From assembly GCF_009914755.1 (NCBI RefSeq), contig NC_060940.1: a DNA stretch of 64,000 nucleotides. One strand, given 5' to 3'. Positions 36,542 through 51,650 of the stretch are shown in pieces. Position 1 is the stretch's first letter. Every line of letters begins with the position of its first letter. The notes below the pieces were generated by a model. It saw only the letters and a list, made by a program, of their open reading frames with translations. It was not told the origin of the DNA and ran no database searches. A program made the position numbers and the translations under genes. This stretch comes from the human T2T-CHM13v2.0 reference genome, Homo sapiens.

Positions 36542-37401
36542 AAGCATTCCTTCCTTCCTTCCTCCAATGATGAAAAAACTAAAGGCCTTTCAGTTGATGC
36601 CTCCAGCTATAAGTCCAAGATCTTCTCTGGTACTCTCACTCTTCAGTATTCTATTATCTACAGACTCAGCTGTAAAGTTAATCCCTAACATACACAGTGT
36701 CAGACAGTAGAGAAAAGAAACAGGAAAAGAGAATAAAATGTGTTAAGATACATAAACAAACATGAGACATAGCAGGTAGGAAAACATGGGCCTATGCTAC
36801 AGTCATCTGCAGATGGATGTGAGGCTGTAGTGGGGGCTTTGTCCCTCCACTCTTTTCCTTCCACGTTCTCTTCAATTTCATTCTACTACTCAGCTGACCA
36901 GGTTTATCTACCCAATATGACGACCTGCCTTCATTCCTGAGGGGTTTGAGATATTGATGTGTTCTTCCATTAAATTTTAATCACTGGAGCAGTACAAGGT
37001 GGCATCCCAAAACATCCCTTGGGTTCCATACACCTTGTTGCTATTACATAGCAGTAACCTTATTGACCAGAACAATCTCCCATGCCAACCCAGAACATCC
37101 TTTTTCACAGATTTGGCCAATGACACAAGAAGTCTGCGATAGCTAGGTGGGTTGGTTTACCCTCTCATTCAATGCAATCACTGCTGTTCCCTGATGGAAA
37201 CCATCTTCCTTTGGGTATTAAGCCTCTAAAGTAGCAGATCACAGGGTTTCGGAGATGGGAAATGTCCCAAATATAATTGCTAGGCATTCACCATTCCAAC
37301 CATTTCTTTATTTCAACTACCTGACTCCAGAATTTTATCTACATGGGGTTTTCTTGAACTTAACTATTCTCGAAATGACTGATTCTTACTTCTCCAGTAT
37401 C

Positions 37402-37697
37402 TTTTTTTTTTTTTTTTTGAGACAGGGTCTTGCTCTATAACCCAGGCAGCAGTGTAGTGGCATGATCATGGATTACTGCAGCCTTGACCTCCCAGGCTCA
37501 AGCAATCCTCCCACCTCAGCCTGCTGAGTAGCTGGGACCACAAGTACATGCCATCACACCCAGCTAATTTGTTTTTTTTTTGTAGAGATGGGTCTCTCTA
37601 TGTTGTCCAGGCTGGTCTCATTCTGGGCTCAAGCAACCCTCCCACCTCAGCCTCCCAAAGTGCTGGGATTGCATGCATGAGCCACTGCACCTGGTCT
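37402..37697 (-). mobile_element. AluJ SINE
   Basis: gagacagggtct, ctgcagccttgacctcccaggctcaagcaatcctccc. Confidence 0.95.
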
Positions 37698-37699
37698 CC

Positions 37700-37798
37700 A
37701 ATGATTTCATAAGCATCTAGTTACCTGCATGAAAGCCCTTTCTGCCTAAAATACCTGAAGTGATTTTTTGTCTCCTGCACTGAACCCTAACTAATACA
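37700..37798 (+). mobile_element. LTR 3'-end fragment (MER21/MER77-like) inside the ERV-L
   Basis: Ends tgtctcctgcactgaaccctaactaataca, a typical LTR U5 terminus; may begin before the AluJ (~37295). Confidence 0.45.
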
Positions 37799-38681
37799 GA
37801 AAGTAACTTTTGTGAGTGGGTCATTAGCTGTACTTGTAAGAGATACTATTGCCTTTTTCTCTCTCTTGGCTTCCAAACTTATACATTTGTTGTATGACTG
37901 ACACAGGATCACATGCTGATCACTAGTTCAAAGCACACATCACGTCCCACAGGACAGCACCCCAACTTCACAAGGTAGTCTCTAATCTGAAGCTCTAACA
38001 GAGTCATCAATAGGCCTTTCTACCATTCTGGATGATTGCATAAATTGTAGGAAATGGTTGATCCGTCCTTAGTATCCATTCCTACCATTTCATATACGTT
38101 TTCCTAAGCTACAGAGGTTAGAAAACTACAATTTTATTTCACAGACTCCACTGCAGCTTCTGGGAGACTGCATGAATCTTCTGTGTTGTATCTGCTGCCT
38201 TACTTCTTTCAATGTAGAGAAACTATGTTTAGAAACTATGTGCTGTGGGACACCATCATGGGACGTAAAGCCTTCAATCAATCTAAGAATGGTAGGCTGG
38301 CTAAAGCATGGCAGGCAAGGAATACAAACGCAAATTCAAATTCAAAATTACTTTTGCTCCTTGATGATCTCTACTGATGATTAGTTAGGTTCTAGATGGT
38401 CCCCATTTCGCATGGTACCATATTGGGGGCTACAGCTAGCAAGTTGAGCATTCATTAATGGCAGTTGACAATGGTGGTTAAGGTAAAGTTTACAAGTTGA
38501 GGCCAGGCTACCACTGAATGTATTTATAATGCTAAAATAGTCCTCTTTGAGTTGGTGCTAATTTATGCAAAATCAGGGGTAATTAAGTGTCCACTTTTCC
38601 CCTTAATCATAGGAACCTCCCCTTGAAAACACAAGTGTGAGTTGAGAAAAATCTCCTTGAAGTAGATGCCATATATGGCAC

Positions 38682-39028
38682 TCATATGATTTGGCTGTAT
38701 CCCCACCCAAATGTCATCCTGAATTCCCACCTGTTGCAGGAGGGACCCAGTAAGGGGTAATTGAATCATGGGGACAGGCCCCATGCACTTCTCATTTTAG
38801 TGAGTAAGTCTCACGAGATCTAATCGTTTCATAAGGGAGAGTTTCTCTGCACAAGTTCTCTTTTGCCTGCTGCCATCTGTGTAAGACATGACTTACTCCT
38901 CCTTGCCTTCTGCCATGATGGCGAGGCCTCCCCAGCCATGTGGAACTGTAAGTCCATTAAACCTCTCTTCTGCAAATCACCCAGTCTCAGATATGTCTTT
39001 ATCAGCAGTGTGAAAACGGACTAATACA
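38682..39028 (+). mobile_element. THE1 (THE1C-like) MaLR solo LTR inserted in ERV-L pol
   Basis: atatgatttggctgtatccccacccaaat ... tctttatcagcagtgtgaaaacggactaataca. Confidence 0.93.
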
Positions 39029-41726
39029 ACCACCTCTACTTGAAAACCCATTGCAGTTTAGTATACCCAAATACGTGGCTAAGTGACTCCTGTGACATGC
39101 ATCACGGGCAGCTCAGATTGAATAGTTATCTAGTAGGTCATGGTTAAGCATTTAGTCTCTGTAAGACCCTTGAAGCAAGGGGAGAGCTGTTTCTCAATAA
39201 ACTAATTGCTTAACTAAGAGACCATGGCTTCAATCTCAAACCCCAGGGCTTTTACTATGCTTCTCCTAATGAGACTTAATACAGTCTTCATACAGCATCA
39301 CAATATGTCAAGACACTTAGAGTAATAAGCAATAAGGTATGTTCTGGCAGTCAGAGAAATCCCTCAGGAAAAAGAATTTCAGTTCTGGAAGTTGCAATTT
39401 TGAAGTAGCGAGGTGTTATGGGTGAGGCCCTGACAGCACTGGCTATATCTAGTAAGTGGCTTCAAGCAGCATAGCCCAATGTGGGATATGCTGCCTTCAG
39501 AATGAAAATAGACCCATCAGGTGCTGTTTCTTTGTTAGTGGTAGAGGATTCAAACTGCAGCATATATTGTGAAATGTTCCAAACCAATGAACCCTCAGAA
39601 ACCCCTATAGCAACTATATCCTTGTATTTTCAAGAATACATCTCTCATTCTCTAGCATGCATGTGTGTTACCAGAGCATCTAGAGTGTCTACTGCTTCTA
39701 TTCTCTTGATCATATCAGCATAGTGTCATTGATGTCCTGGACTAGTCTGATATCTTTTGGGATAATGAGATGATCTAGTTCCCTAGAGATTACATCATGG
39801 CTTGAGGTCAGAGAATTTACATAACTCTGAGGCAAAGTGGTAAAAGTATATTGCTATCCATGCCAAGTATAAGCTAAATGCTACTGATGTTCTAAATTTA
39901 TTGTGATAGAGAAAACAAGATTTGCAAGATCAGTAAAGGCTATGTTCATTTGCTTCAGTAAAGACACCACATTTGGAACACCTGATTTAAGGGAAGTTAT
40001 CACCTGTTAAGCTTATAATACTCTACCAGAATTCTCCAAGTATAGTAGAGAGTTATGTCAGGAAGCAACAGGAATCAGTTTCTCCACCTCTTTCAAGTGG
40101 CTTCTTATGACATTTGTCACTATGGTTCCCCCAGGGATGTGGTATTTCTTTTCATTTACTCTTGGTATTGAGAGGAATTCCAGAAGTTTCTTTCCATTTA
40201 GTCCTTTCTAGTATAATAGGTGAGAAGCCAGTATGAGGTTCCATCATTGTTGATTATATATATTCCAATGGTACATTCATGAATTAAAGAAATACAGTAT
40301 GTATTCAAGGTCCCACTGGGCCTACAATGAGACAGATATGAGTTAGAGCTCCATCACCTGAATTCCATAAAACCCATACTCAGAACCACAGAAGAAGCAC
40401 AGTGTGTTCTGAGTCACCAGGACTTAGTGTTAGCCCAGAGCTAATGTCTAACACTTTCTGAAAGGTCTAAACATTTCACTTCTCCCCACCAAGTTCCCAT
40501 TTACTCAAGTTCCCATTTAAATGGCTTAGGTCACTTTGTAAAAGGATAAGAAGATGTATAGCCACTAATTGAGACGTTATTGTAGCTTACTCTTTCTCTC
40601 AAGGGTATTTGACTTCCCCTTTATTTAAAGAAGCCTGGAACTATAAACTTTTATAGATTTGGGACTTTGTTGAGAGGTCGTGACCATTGTGGTAATTCAA
40701 GTCAGGCCTTGATTTATCAAGTATGCAATTTCTGTTACTCTTATTGAGTAGAACCTAATTGGGCTAACAATGTATTATAAATCTAGCTACTTCCAAATAT
40801 TAAAGTTGATCAAACCATTATCCCACCAGCTATGATGCATATTACAATAACCATAACCACCTTGTCTCTAATGGTTTGGAGCTGCCACTTAGCCTCTGCC
40901 ACCCTGGGATCCAGTAAACTCCCTGAAATCATGGAACCTTGCTGTATCTCTCACCAGCATCATTAGCTTACAGAGAATGGCCACTTTGGCACTCTTCCAA
41001 GACCTGGAACACTCTCATTCCTGTATTTCTAAATAACTGAAGAGATTATCTTCTGAATCCTCTTAGAGAACGTGGTACAGTTAGGCAAAGATGATAAATC
41101 CATTCCAACGTTTCTAACTTCCTGAGGAGTTGAATGCCTAGTGTGGCATCTAGCACACTCACTCACTTGGGGCTACCATATTGAATCCAGAATCTGTGCT
41201 AAGTCAATCCATATCAACAAATTCAGCCAAATTTAAAATTATACTCTTTCCTTGTTCATTTGCCTTGAGAATCCATTTAGCAGATTTTTGCAAATAAAAA
41301 TTATCAACATCTTGCAGTTTTGACTTTGCAGTTGGTATTCCAAGGCATGCTGAGATCTGTCTTTAAGATAGGGATCTGGGGATGGTGAATGATGTTGAGA
41401 ATGGGCCATAAGGAGGATGGAATTCCCTTTGCAAAGGGGGTCATTCTGGTTTTCGAGTAAGACAGGCAAGAAGGCTGCTCCAGCCAACAAATGAGACTCA
41501 TGAGGCTGGGATCTCATCATACTCTGTCCCTTCCCCATATCTCTACCCCAGTTCCGAGGTTCTCCTCTCTCAATCAATACACTTTCACACCTGGCTGTAA
41601 ATTCAACTGACTTGGTAGCTCAGCAACCTTGGGATTCAAGTCTTAATTTACTTTTAATTTCTTCAGCTTTGTGCCTGCAAGAGAGAAGATATTCTTTTGA
41701 TACTATTATAGAAAGTCTCTATCTAA

Positions 41727-42045
<319 letters not shown>

Positions 42046-42109
42046 CGAGCTTATTCTTTTGCCTTGAACTGTCCAGCACATTAGAAGCAACCAGGCCTAG
42101 TACTACTTA

Positions 42110-42620
42110 TTTATCCATTAATGTCTTAAGTTGCAAGTAACAGAAACCTACATTGGCTTACTGGAGCAAAGACGATGCTCATTAAAAAATATTATCTAGC
42201 TCACAGAATGGTTGTGGAAGCTGAAGATCCAGGTTCAGCAATACAAAGCTAGGTTTAATGCTAGCATCACAGCAGAGAACTCTTCCACTGAGGACATCCC
42301 TGCTGCCACTGCTGAGTCCTGGTCAGTGCAGTCTGCACTGCAGACATACCCATCAATAGACACTAGATGCCATGACCAGCACTATCACTTTTGCTCCCCA
42401 GGAACTCAGTCTTTCTACAGCTCACCTCAACTCTGAAATGAGGGTGTCCTATGAGCAAAACCTGGGAACACACCTGTATTCTCACTGTCACACAGCTTTG
42501 GAAGTGTTATTTCTCTAGTGGGAGGTGAGCGCCACTAAGACTCATAGCATTGCAGAATTCCCCCCAAATAGAAAAGAGATTCTGATACTAGAGATTTATC
42601 AAAACACCAATTATATCCCA
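42110..42620 (-). mobile_element. Old ERVL/MaLR-type LTR
   Basis: agttgcaagtaacagaaacc...tagctcacagaat...agctg start is typical of ancient LTR antisense ends; family not resolved. Confidence 0.5.
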
Positions 42621-43019
42621 CAGAATAAAATGAAGACAAAAAAATGTTAAGGGGTTTCTAGAATTGAAGATGATGCATCGAAGTAATAATTTGTCCATAA
42701 AATTGACAGATTTAAAACGTTAAAACACTCAATGCTGGTAAGATGTGGGGAAATGGCATTCTTACACCCTATAGAAGTGAGAGCTTTCTGGAGTAATAAA
42801 GCAGCACAGTGCTCACCCCAAAGCCTTTCCATTTCTTCTTTTGTGCCCATCTGTCATCTCCACAAATTTTCTAACAAGTATTATTTAACCCCAGAGAAGA
42901 AAATGTATTATTATTTCAAAATTTAAGAAACATTACCAAGCATTCAGGCAAAACAAAGTTCACATTTGGAACTTCTCTTTTGGAGAAACCTACCAAATAC
43001 TATTTTTTTCTTTCTTTTC

Positions 43020-43105
43020 CTTATATTCATGTATGCATTAAGCAAGTACTTATTGAGCACCTGTCCATCTACCTGGTATCAGCACTTGGTGATTGTGAAG
43101 ATATT
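43020..43105 (-). mobile_element. L2 3'-end fragment
   Basis: cattaagcaagtacttattgagcacct. Confidence 0.6.
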
Positions 43106-43584
43106 GATATTGTTTTGTCAGCTACATTTTTTAAGTTGGTGGAGAAACCAGGATGCAAAGTTGACAACTTCACATTCTCAGGTTGAACTTGAGTTGGCAT
43201 CTCAAGTCCTTTTTAACATTTTTAATATACTCCAATTGCTCTGCTACAAATTAAAGTGACAATGAGCACTGGATATTTGTATAGCGTAGATCCTCCCAAG
43301 TATTAGGAGCTGAAGCCCCAGAGATCTATACATTTCTAAGCCTCAAATTTATTGCCTACAACAGCAAACTCTACTCAGGGTATATCTGATTACAGATCTA
43401 GAGTTCCTGAGCTATTGTCCTTAGACAACACAAAAGGTCGGTTGCAAGGTAAATACTGTACTTTAACAGAGACTGATTTCACCTCTAGCCACCACCCTCC
43501 AGGTGTTGGGTTCACTGGTGCCTAGCGCTGATAGAATAGCTCAACATTAAAGAGCTATGTAAGGAATGTTGAGAGTGTGCTTAC

Positions 43585-43723
43585 CTGGTCTGGGGCTTTA
43601 ATATTTTTTGTGTGAAATTGTTGAGTTCTCAATCATTGTTTTTGTTATTTGAAATTCTTTTTGGAGAATTCGAAATTTGGTAATAATTTCAAGGAGTCTT
43701 CCTGGCATGTGTTCTAGATGGCT
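43585..43723 (-). other. Candidate non-coding exon (139 bp)
   Basis: Minus-strand acceptor ttttcatgtgcag| and consensus-like donor CAG|GTAAGC; stops in all three frames; no transcript evidence. Confidence 0.25.
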
Positions 43724-45601
43724 CTGCACATGAAAATGATAAATCAAGAGATTATTTCCTCCATAGGTCAGAGTCATCATTACCTTCCCCTTGCCTTTTG
43801 GAAGAAAGGAACTTTATCCTTCTATGTGATTTATTCTTTTCATGGGCATCCATTCAGCACAGAGCTATTGTTTCAGAACAGGGAAAATGTATTCCTTTTA
43901 CAGGTTTATTCCTCCAACTGGAATTTGTTTAAGTAGGTTCCACTGCACAAACACAAAAAGCCCTAATACATGCAGACTGGGTCGGCCTCATGCCATCAGA
44001 TGTCACCGCTGACGGGTGATGGCACTTATATAGATTTACACAACAAAAACTACATTAAAAATGTTAAGGTGATGAGACAAAGGCACAAAGGCCTAGAAAT
44101 TCACAGCTCAGGATTTAAACATACTATATCTAAGAGGAATGGAGTGCATTAGGGTAATGGGAAGGTGACAGCGGCCCTATTATACCTACAGTACTAGACA
44201 CTTAATCCCTAACTGAATTGCCTGGTGGTGTTGGCTTTGTCTCATTCTTGGGGGCTTATGTTTTTTAATGACATTATTGTTGTGTAAATGTTCTTGTTTT
44301 ATAAAGTAATTTCAGGTTGATTATCATCTGTTTATGCAATTAGATTAATTACCCCTAATTACAGAGTAGAAACAACATATATAATTAGTTTATTAGAGGC
44401 ATAACTGTGATATGCAATGATTTTTAAATCTTTATGAAACTTTGTTAACAAATATTCCACTCATGTGAAGGCAAAATATTTAGATGACAAACTCTTTTAC
44501 CTTATATATTTTTTCATATGCTCAGTAATCATTAGATTTATTGCCTGTCAAATTTAGTGTTAAAAATCATAGTGCCATATTAGAGGGAATACAAATATTA
44601 AAACTGTGCTTAAGAAAATTAGAAACACTCCCGTGTTTTCCTTAAGGTCTGGTTTTGTAAATCTCTCTTCCATTAAGATTTCTTACCTACAGAGTGTCAC
44701 CCTCAGGTGAATTTTGATGGTAGTTAAAAACCTAGTAAAGAGATTTATATATAACATCATGACATATAATACACACATGTTCTATTACATTCCTAACAAA
44801 CTAAGAATATTACCCCCAATCCCCATATTGGATTTCTTCCTCTGCCTCTGAACCAAAGGAGAACTAGAAGATGAACCAAAAATGCTTCGACATTAAAGAA
44901 ACAGTGAAGAAATAGATCATGAAATAAGATGATACATGCTTCCAAAATCAGTCAAGAGTGCTATGAAGGAAAGTTAAATATAGTTGCTGAAAAACTAAAT
45001 TCAAATACAAGAAATGCATATTAATGTAGATTATCACCATTTATTTCCTTATTACATTTATTTCTCTGTTATTGGTAACTTAAGAGAATATTATTTAACC
45101 ATTCCTTCACTCCTCAAAATATTGAAACTAAAAAATGCAATATAAGTAAACTGAATGCAGAGATCAGCTGCTTTTGAATTATGCAGCACATTCTCTCATG
45201 TGGATAAAAACCATCAAATATCCTCAATTATTGCTTACTGCTGAGACAAGGATTAGAAGGTCTAATTTACACCATTGGAAATTTCAGCAATAATATCAGA
45301 AAAGAAACACTAAACATTAGCAGCACATTACTGTAAAAACGCCATGCTTCTTTTGGATACAGAGTAACTTTCTGAACAGTGAATTCTATCTTTATCAGAA
45401 GGCAAATACTGTCAGTATTCAGTCTACAAACAAACTTGCATGGAAATGGTGCCTGGGCTTCAATTATTATTGAAGCAAAATATCAACTTAAAAGTTTAGT
45501 CTTTTAGCTAAGACAACAAACTTTTTAGAATCACTCTAAGCATGTCCAACACATAAGTTTATTTAATGAATGGAACAAAATTTCTTAAAAATTCAACTTC
45601 A

Positions 45602-45919
<318 letters not shown>

Positions 45920-45936
45920 TTAAGATTGGTGGGAAC

Positions 45937-46580
<644 letters not shown>

Positions 46581-46802
46581 AAAGACACGTAATAAAAAAA
46601 GATCAGTGGGAACTATCATTACTCTGGGAAAAAAAAAAAGACAAATGTTTTCATTTGTTTCTTCATCTCTCTGTCAAAACAAAAAAAATCTTGATCCAGA
46701 AATTTTAGTTGTTAACATAAATGAAAATTACAACACATCCCTGGAAATGATGCATATTAGGGTATACATTTTATGAGGATAAGGACGGTGACTTACAGTT
46801 CT

Positions 46803-47099
<297 letters not shown>

Positions 47100-49242
47100 T
47101 GACTGGCAGTTCTTTTATTCCCCTATGATACTAAGTATGAACATCTTGCATAAAGGGGGTACCCACTTTATAGTTATTGAATGAAAAAATGAGTAAAGGA
47201 CTAGAAGATCAAAACATCCAACCATTTTTTCACAGAATGAACTAGCTGACAGTAAGCCTTTCTTCTTTTATTTTCTTCCTGTTCTTTTTAGAAGGATCAA
47301 GTTGGTATTTTAAAAATCAAATATTCAGACTTTTCTCCCCTCAAGTACATGAAATTGTATAAAGTAAAGCAAAATTCTAACAACATGTCTGGCACAAAAC
47401 AATCATCTGGAAATGTTAGTCTATGAAAGTTCATAAAGAGATACTGATTCTCCGAAAAGTTCTTAGTCAACAAAAACCCCTTTAAACAAAGACACGATCA
47501 CAATGGCTCAAAAAAAAAAAGAAAATGAGTACCATTTGGTCCTGGCAATGCCTGGCCACTAACAGGTGCTTAATAATTATTCATTTCTTCCTATCGTCTT
47601 CAGACTTTACGATGGGAGGCAGAGCCCATGTTTTGGGGACAGACTACCTGGGTAAAGAAGGTAAATTCATTCTGTAAGGGAGCCCACAGTGACTCTCTTG
47701 AGACCTCCTTAGCTCAGAATCTCCCTCTGTACACAGGTGCGCTAAGAAAGTGAACCAGGCAAGGAAACGCAGAGAATCTCTGCCTGCCACTGGAAGGAGG
47801 CAGCAAAAGGAGATGAGCTTGGGAAGGAAGGAGGAATGTGACCATGGAACAGCTAGACCCAAACATACTTGTTTTTACTTTCCTGCTACACCCATAAATG
47901 GTTAAAAATGTAACAATCAACCTGCAGCTGGCATTAATCTATAAAAGTTGACATAGATCAAACCAAAAGAAAAATTTCTTTTCCACCTGGACTTTGGAAT
48001 CCTAGGGCAAAGTTAGCAGAATAAGGAATGGGGTATGCAAGACCAGCCCTCATTTCTTCACCTGGGAAGCGGATAGTCCACAGTCGTGCCTGGGCCCACC
48101 ATATAATGCACTACCCTCTTCCAACCCGTGGCTCAGACTTGAACCTTGTTGCGCAGATAAAGGAGGTGGCAAATGCACGCTTTTCAGACAAAAGTAACAC
48201 AGCTGAAAGTTTGCTGACCTGTTTCAGCTGTGCCTAACTTCTGGGAAGGTGGAGTTACCCTAACTTAAAATTTGCACAAGGCGTAAGCCAGATGGGATGG
48301 AATTCACAGATAGTACTGACAGCCAGTGATTAAACAGAAGCTTCCATGATTCCCCACATTAGAACTGCATTTAGATTGTGTCTGACCAGTTCAGTGATTT
48401 TTTTAAAAAAAAAATCTTGCATGATGTCCTAAGAGGAGATGAGGCAGAAAGGGCTAATGCTCACTGGATTACATTAGGTCTTTTTACGCACTTCAGATGA
48501 CAAATGTATTGCTTATCTTTGTTCTTTGAATTAGATCCGTAAGTGTGAAAATCCTAACAACTTCTAGAAGGTTAGTTAGTTTCTACCTGGTTCTGGAAGT
48601 ACTGCCCCTTTCTGTCTTGTTCCGTCATTACTTTTTGAAAGATGTCCGTCACCCAGGACAGCAAGATATTAAACTTTGAAAAATGCCTTTCCATATTTTC
48701 TCCCATAAAGGATCAGTTTAAAAATTGGAGATTAAAAATGGAAACATTTTGCCAGCTTTATACTAATGTGGCATTTACACATTCTTCCATAGCATTTAAA
48801 CGCACTCACTAGACTGGCATCCATTCTAAGCACAGTGTAAAGCCCAGAAAGGCATTTTATTCTTTCCAGGTGTGCTTGACTGGTTTATTTATGGTCTGAC
48901 TTCCTTTCATAGTGTGAGAAACTTTAGCCTTCTGCCAGCTGCAAAGGATTGTTCAGAAGAAGCATTTTTAAGTTAAAAAATAGAGAGCAACACTTTTTTC
49001 TCCTGCCGCCCTCACCTCCCCCAGCCCCCTGCCACACTTCATGCACCTTCTTGCATTGGTTAGTCTGTGACATGTCTAAATAGGCATTTAACTGTATTCG
49101 CCATCAAAGAAGGTGCTCCATGCAGGCAACAGTATATTAACTTAATGAATACCAGAAAGGATAAGAAGGAGAGTATGGAGCTGTTAACTCCAGCCCAAGT
49201 TATCCTTCCTGAGAGCACTCATCACATTCAGTAGAAACACCC

Positions 49243-49303
49243 ACACACACATGCGTGCACATGCACACACACACACACACAAACACACAGAGAGAGAGAG
49301 AGA
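49243..49303. repeat. Compound (CA)n/(GA)n microsatellite
   Basis: Interrupted CA/RY run followed by (GA)n. Confidence 0.95.
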
Positions 49304-50519
49304 CAGACTTTTCTCTCATTCTTCCAGTTCTGGAGAAGCTGGGATGATGTCCCTGAAGCACAGCTGAAAGGCACAGCCCTGATTTGCAAAAAGGCCGTGT
49401 GATGTGAGATGCTTCTGTTCTCTGCACACAGCCACACAAAATAAGTCTAAATGTTTTCTCATTCATAACTAACATCAGAAGGTCCCCAGCAGTATTACCT
49501 TGCCTGACTCCATAAGGAGGTCCAATGAAAGACCATTATCTACCTCCTTGCTGGCCACATTATGCTCCAAAGAGGTAGGTATAAAAAGATAAAGTGATTC
49601 TGAAAGATCATTTTTTACTGCATAAAAGAAAACGGTATTTCCTAATTTAAATAATTTTCCACTTATTTGCAGAGCTAACTAATTTGGGCTGAAATAACTG
49701 ACTCCACCTTCAAAAAAAATTGCACTCAATACAGACAACTTTCTAAATGCTTCTGAAATGACTAAGGTTTTTCAAAAAATTATTTGACAGAGTCCTTTAT
49801 GACAACTGTGACTTTAAAAAGATGAAAGCATGTGAATGACAGCAAAGATGAGACAAAATTGACTCTTGCAATAAAAAGGTTGACAGGACTTGAAATTTTT
49901 AAATAAAAAATTATTGAATCCAAATGACATAGATCCCAGGAAAATTTAAGTGCTTCAATAATAAGATCACAGAGTAGGTATGTTTCTTGGAAAAGAAAAC
50001 TTGCTTTTATTGGGTAGGCGTGGTTTTGAAAAATTACCACATAATTTAGAGATCCACGGGAATCTTTGGCATTTCAAAACTTGAGTGGAGCCTTTGGAAA
50101 AAGCTCATCACAGCTCTTTTTAATCTTTGAGGAAGCTGGCACTCTGCGATGCAGTTGTTAAACAGCCTGGCCATGCCAAAATTCATCATAGCACTGCCCC
50201 AGGGAGGCTGCTAGCTGCCTGACCCCAGCAGTTCAGAGTGGGACTGGAACAAAAGGCTAGCATCCATTTCAAAAAGAACCCCAGGAAGCATCTGCGGGAG
50301 GATGAAGAGTGTTGAGGTGGAAGCCAGAAGACAGTGGGAGTGAGGAAAGCACTAGCTAAGGAAGCAGAGAGGGCTGAGGAAGGAAGGAGGCTGAGCCAGC
50401 AGGTTTATTGGCAGAAGTCACACACATGATTGCTAGGCAATGGTCAATTTCCAGACAATAACCACAGAGTAACAGCAAAGCAGTAAAGAGGAGAGATCAT
50501 GAAGAATGCACCTTCACAC

Positions 50520-50720
50520 AGAGAAATGACAAAGAGAGGAAAAGGGAACAGGGAGGAAGGTGTGGAAGGAAGGAAGAAGAAAAAGAAGAAAGGGAGAGAG
50601 AGGGAGGAAGGAAAGGAGAGATAAGAAAAAGGGAAGGGGAGGAGGGAAAGAAAAAGGGAAGATGAGTAAGGGAAGAGAGGAAGGAACAGAAGGAAGGGGG
50701 AAGGAAGAAAAAGAATATGA
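50520..50720. repeat. GA-rich polypurine low-complexity tract
   Basis: About 200 bp almost entirely A/G on the + strand. Confidence 0.92.
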
Positions 50721-51310
50721 AAGTAGCAGGCGAGACACTTGAAGAAAGTAAAGTTTATCAAAATGAATTAGCAGGAAATCTTTCTATTTACAGACTGTAG
50801 AATTTACCTAGGCTGGCAAATGGCCTGCTATTCCTTTTTTTGTGCTGTCAACAAGTGTTACCAATTGTTAATAGCATTAAAATCTTTATCACTTAATTTA
50901 TTTTATTAATCCCATTCGGGTTTAACATTACTAGCACATGACTGTAAACAGCAATAATAATGCCACCGAGGTTGGTATCAACAATGCTAAAGGTTATCAT
51001 GTAAAATCCAGCCTACCAGCAGCGAGAAAGGCTCTTGCAAACCTTTACATTAAGGAAAAGCCTTGCACAGATCCACAAAACTGTGATCTTAATATGATAT
51101 AGCATCCCCTGTCCTCCGATGAATTCTCCAATATTTAAAAAACAAATCTCAACATCCAAGAAGCATTTTAGGAAAGGGTTAATGTATATTTAAGTAATGC
51201 ACGATCTTTAACCCTTTCCTTCTGTTTCTGCTCTTCTTCCAAAGTCGAAGCAAGTTTTTTTTGCATACAACTTTATCAAATACATTTTTAAAACAATAAT
51301 GCCAGTGTAA

Positions 51311-51650
<340 letters not shown>

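Noticed and set aside
43991-44024. Hairpin as a microRNA precursor
   Set aside because: Only 34 nt, and pairing does not extend outward to the ~60-70 nt needed.
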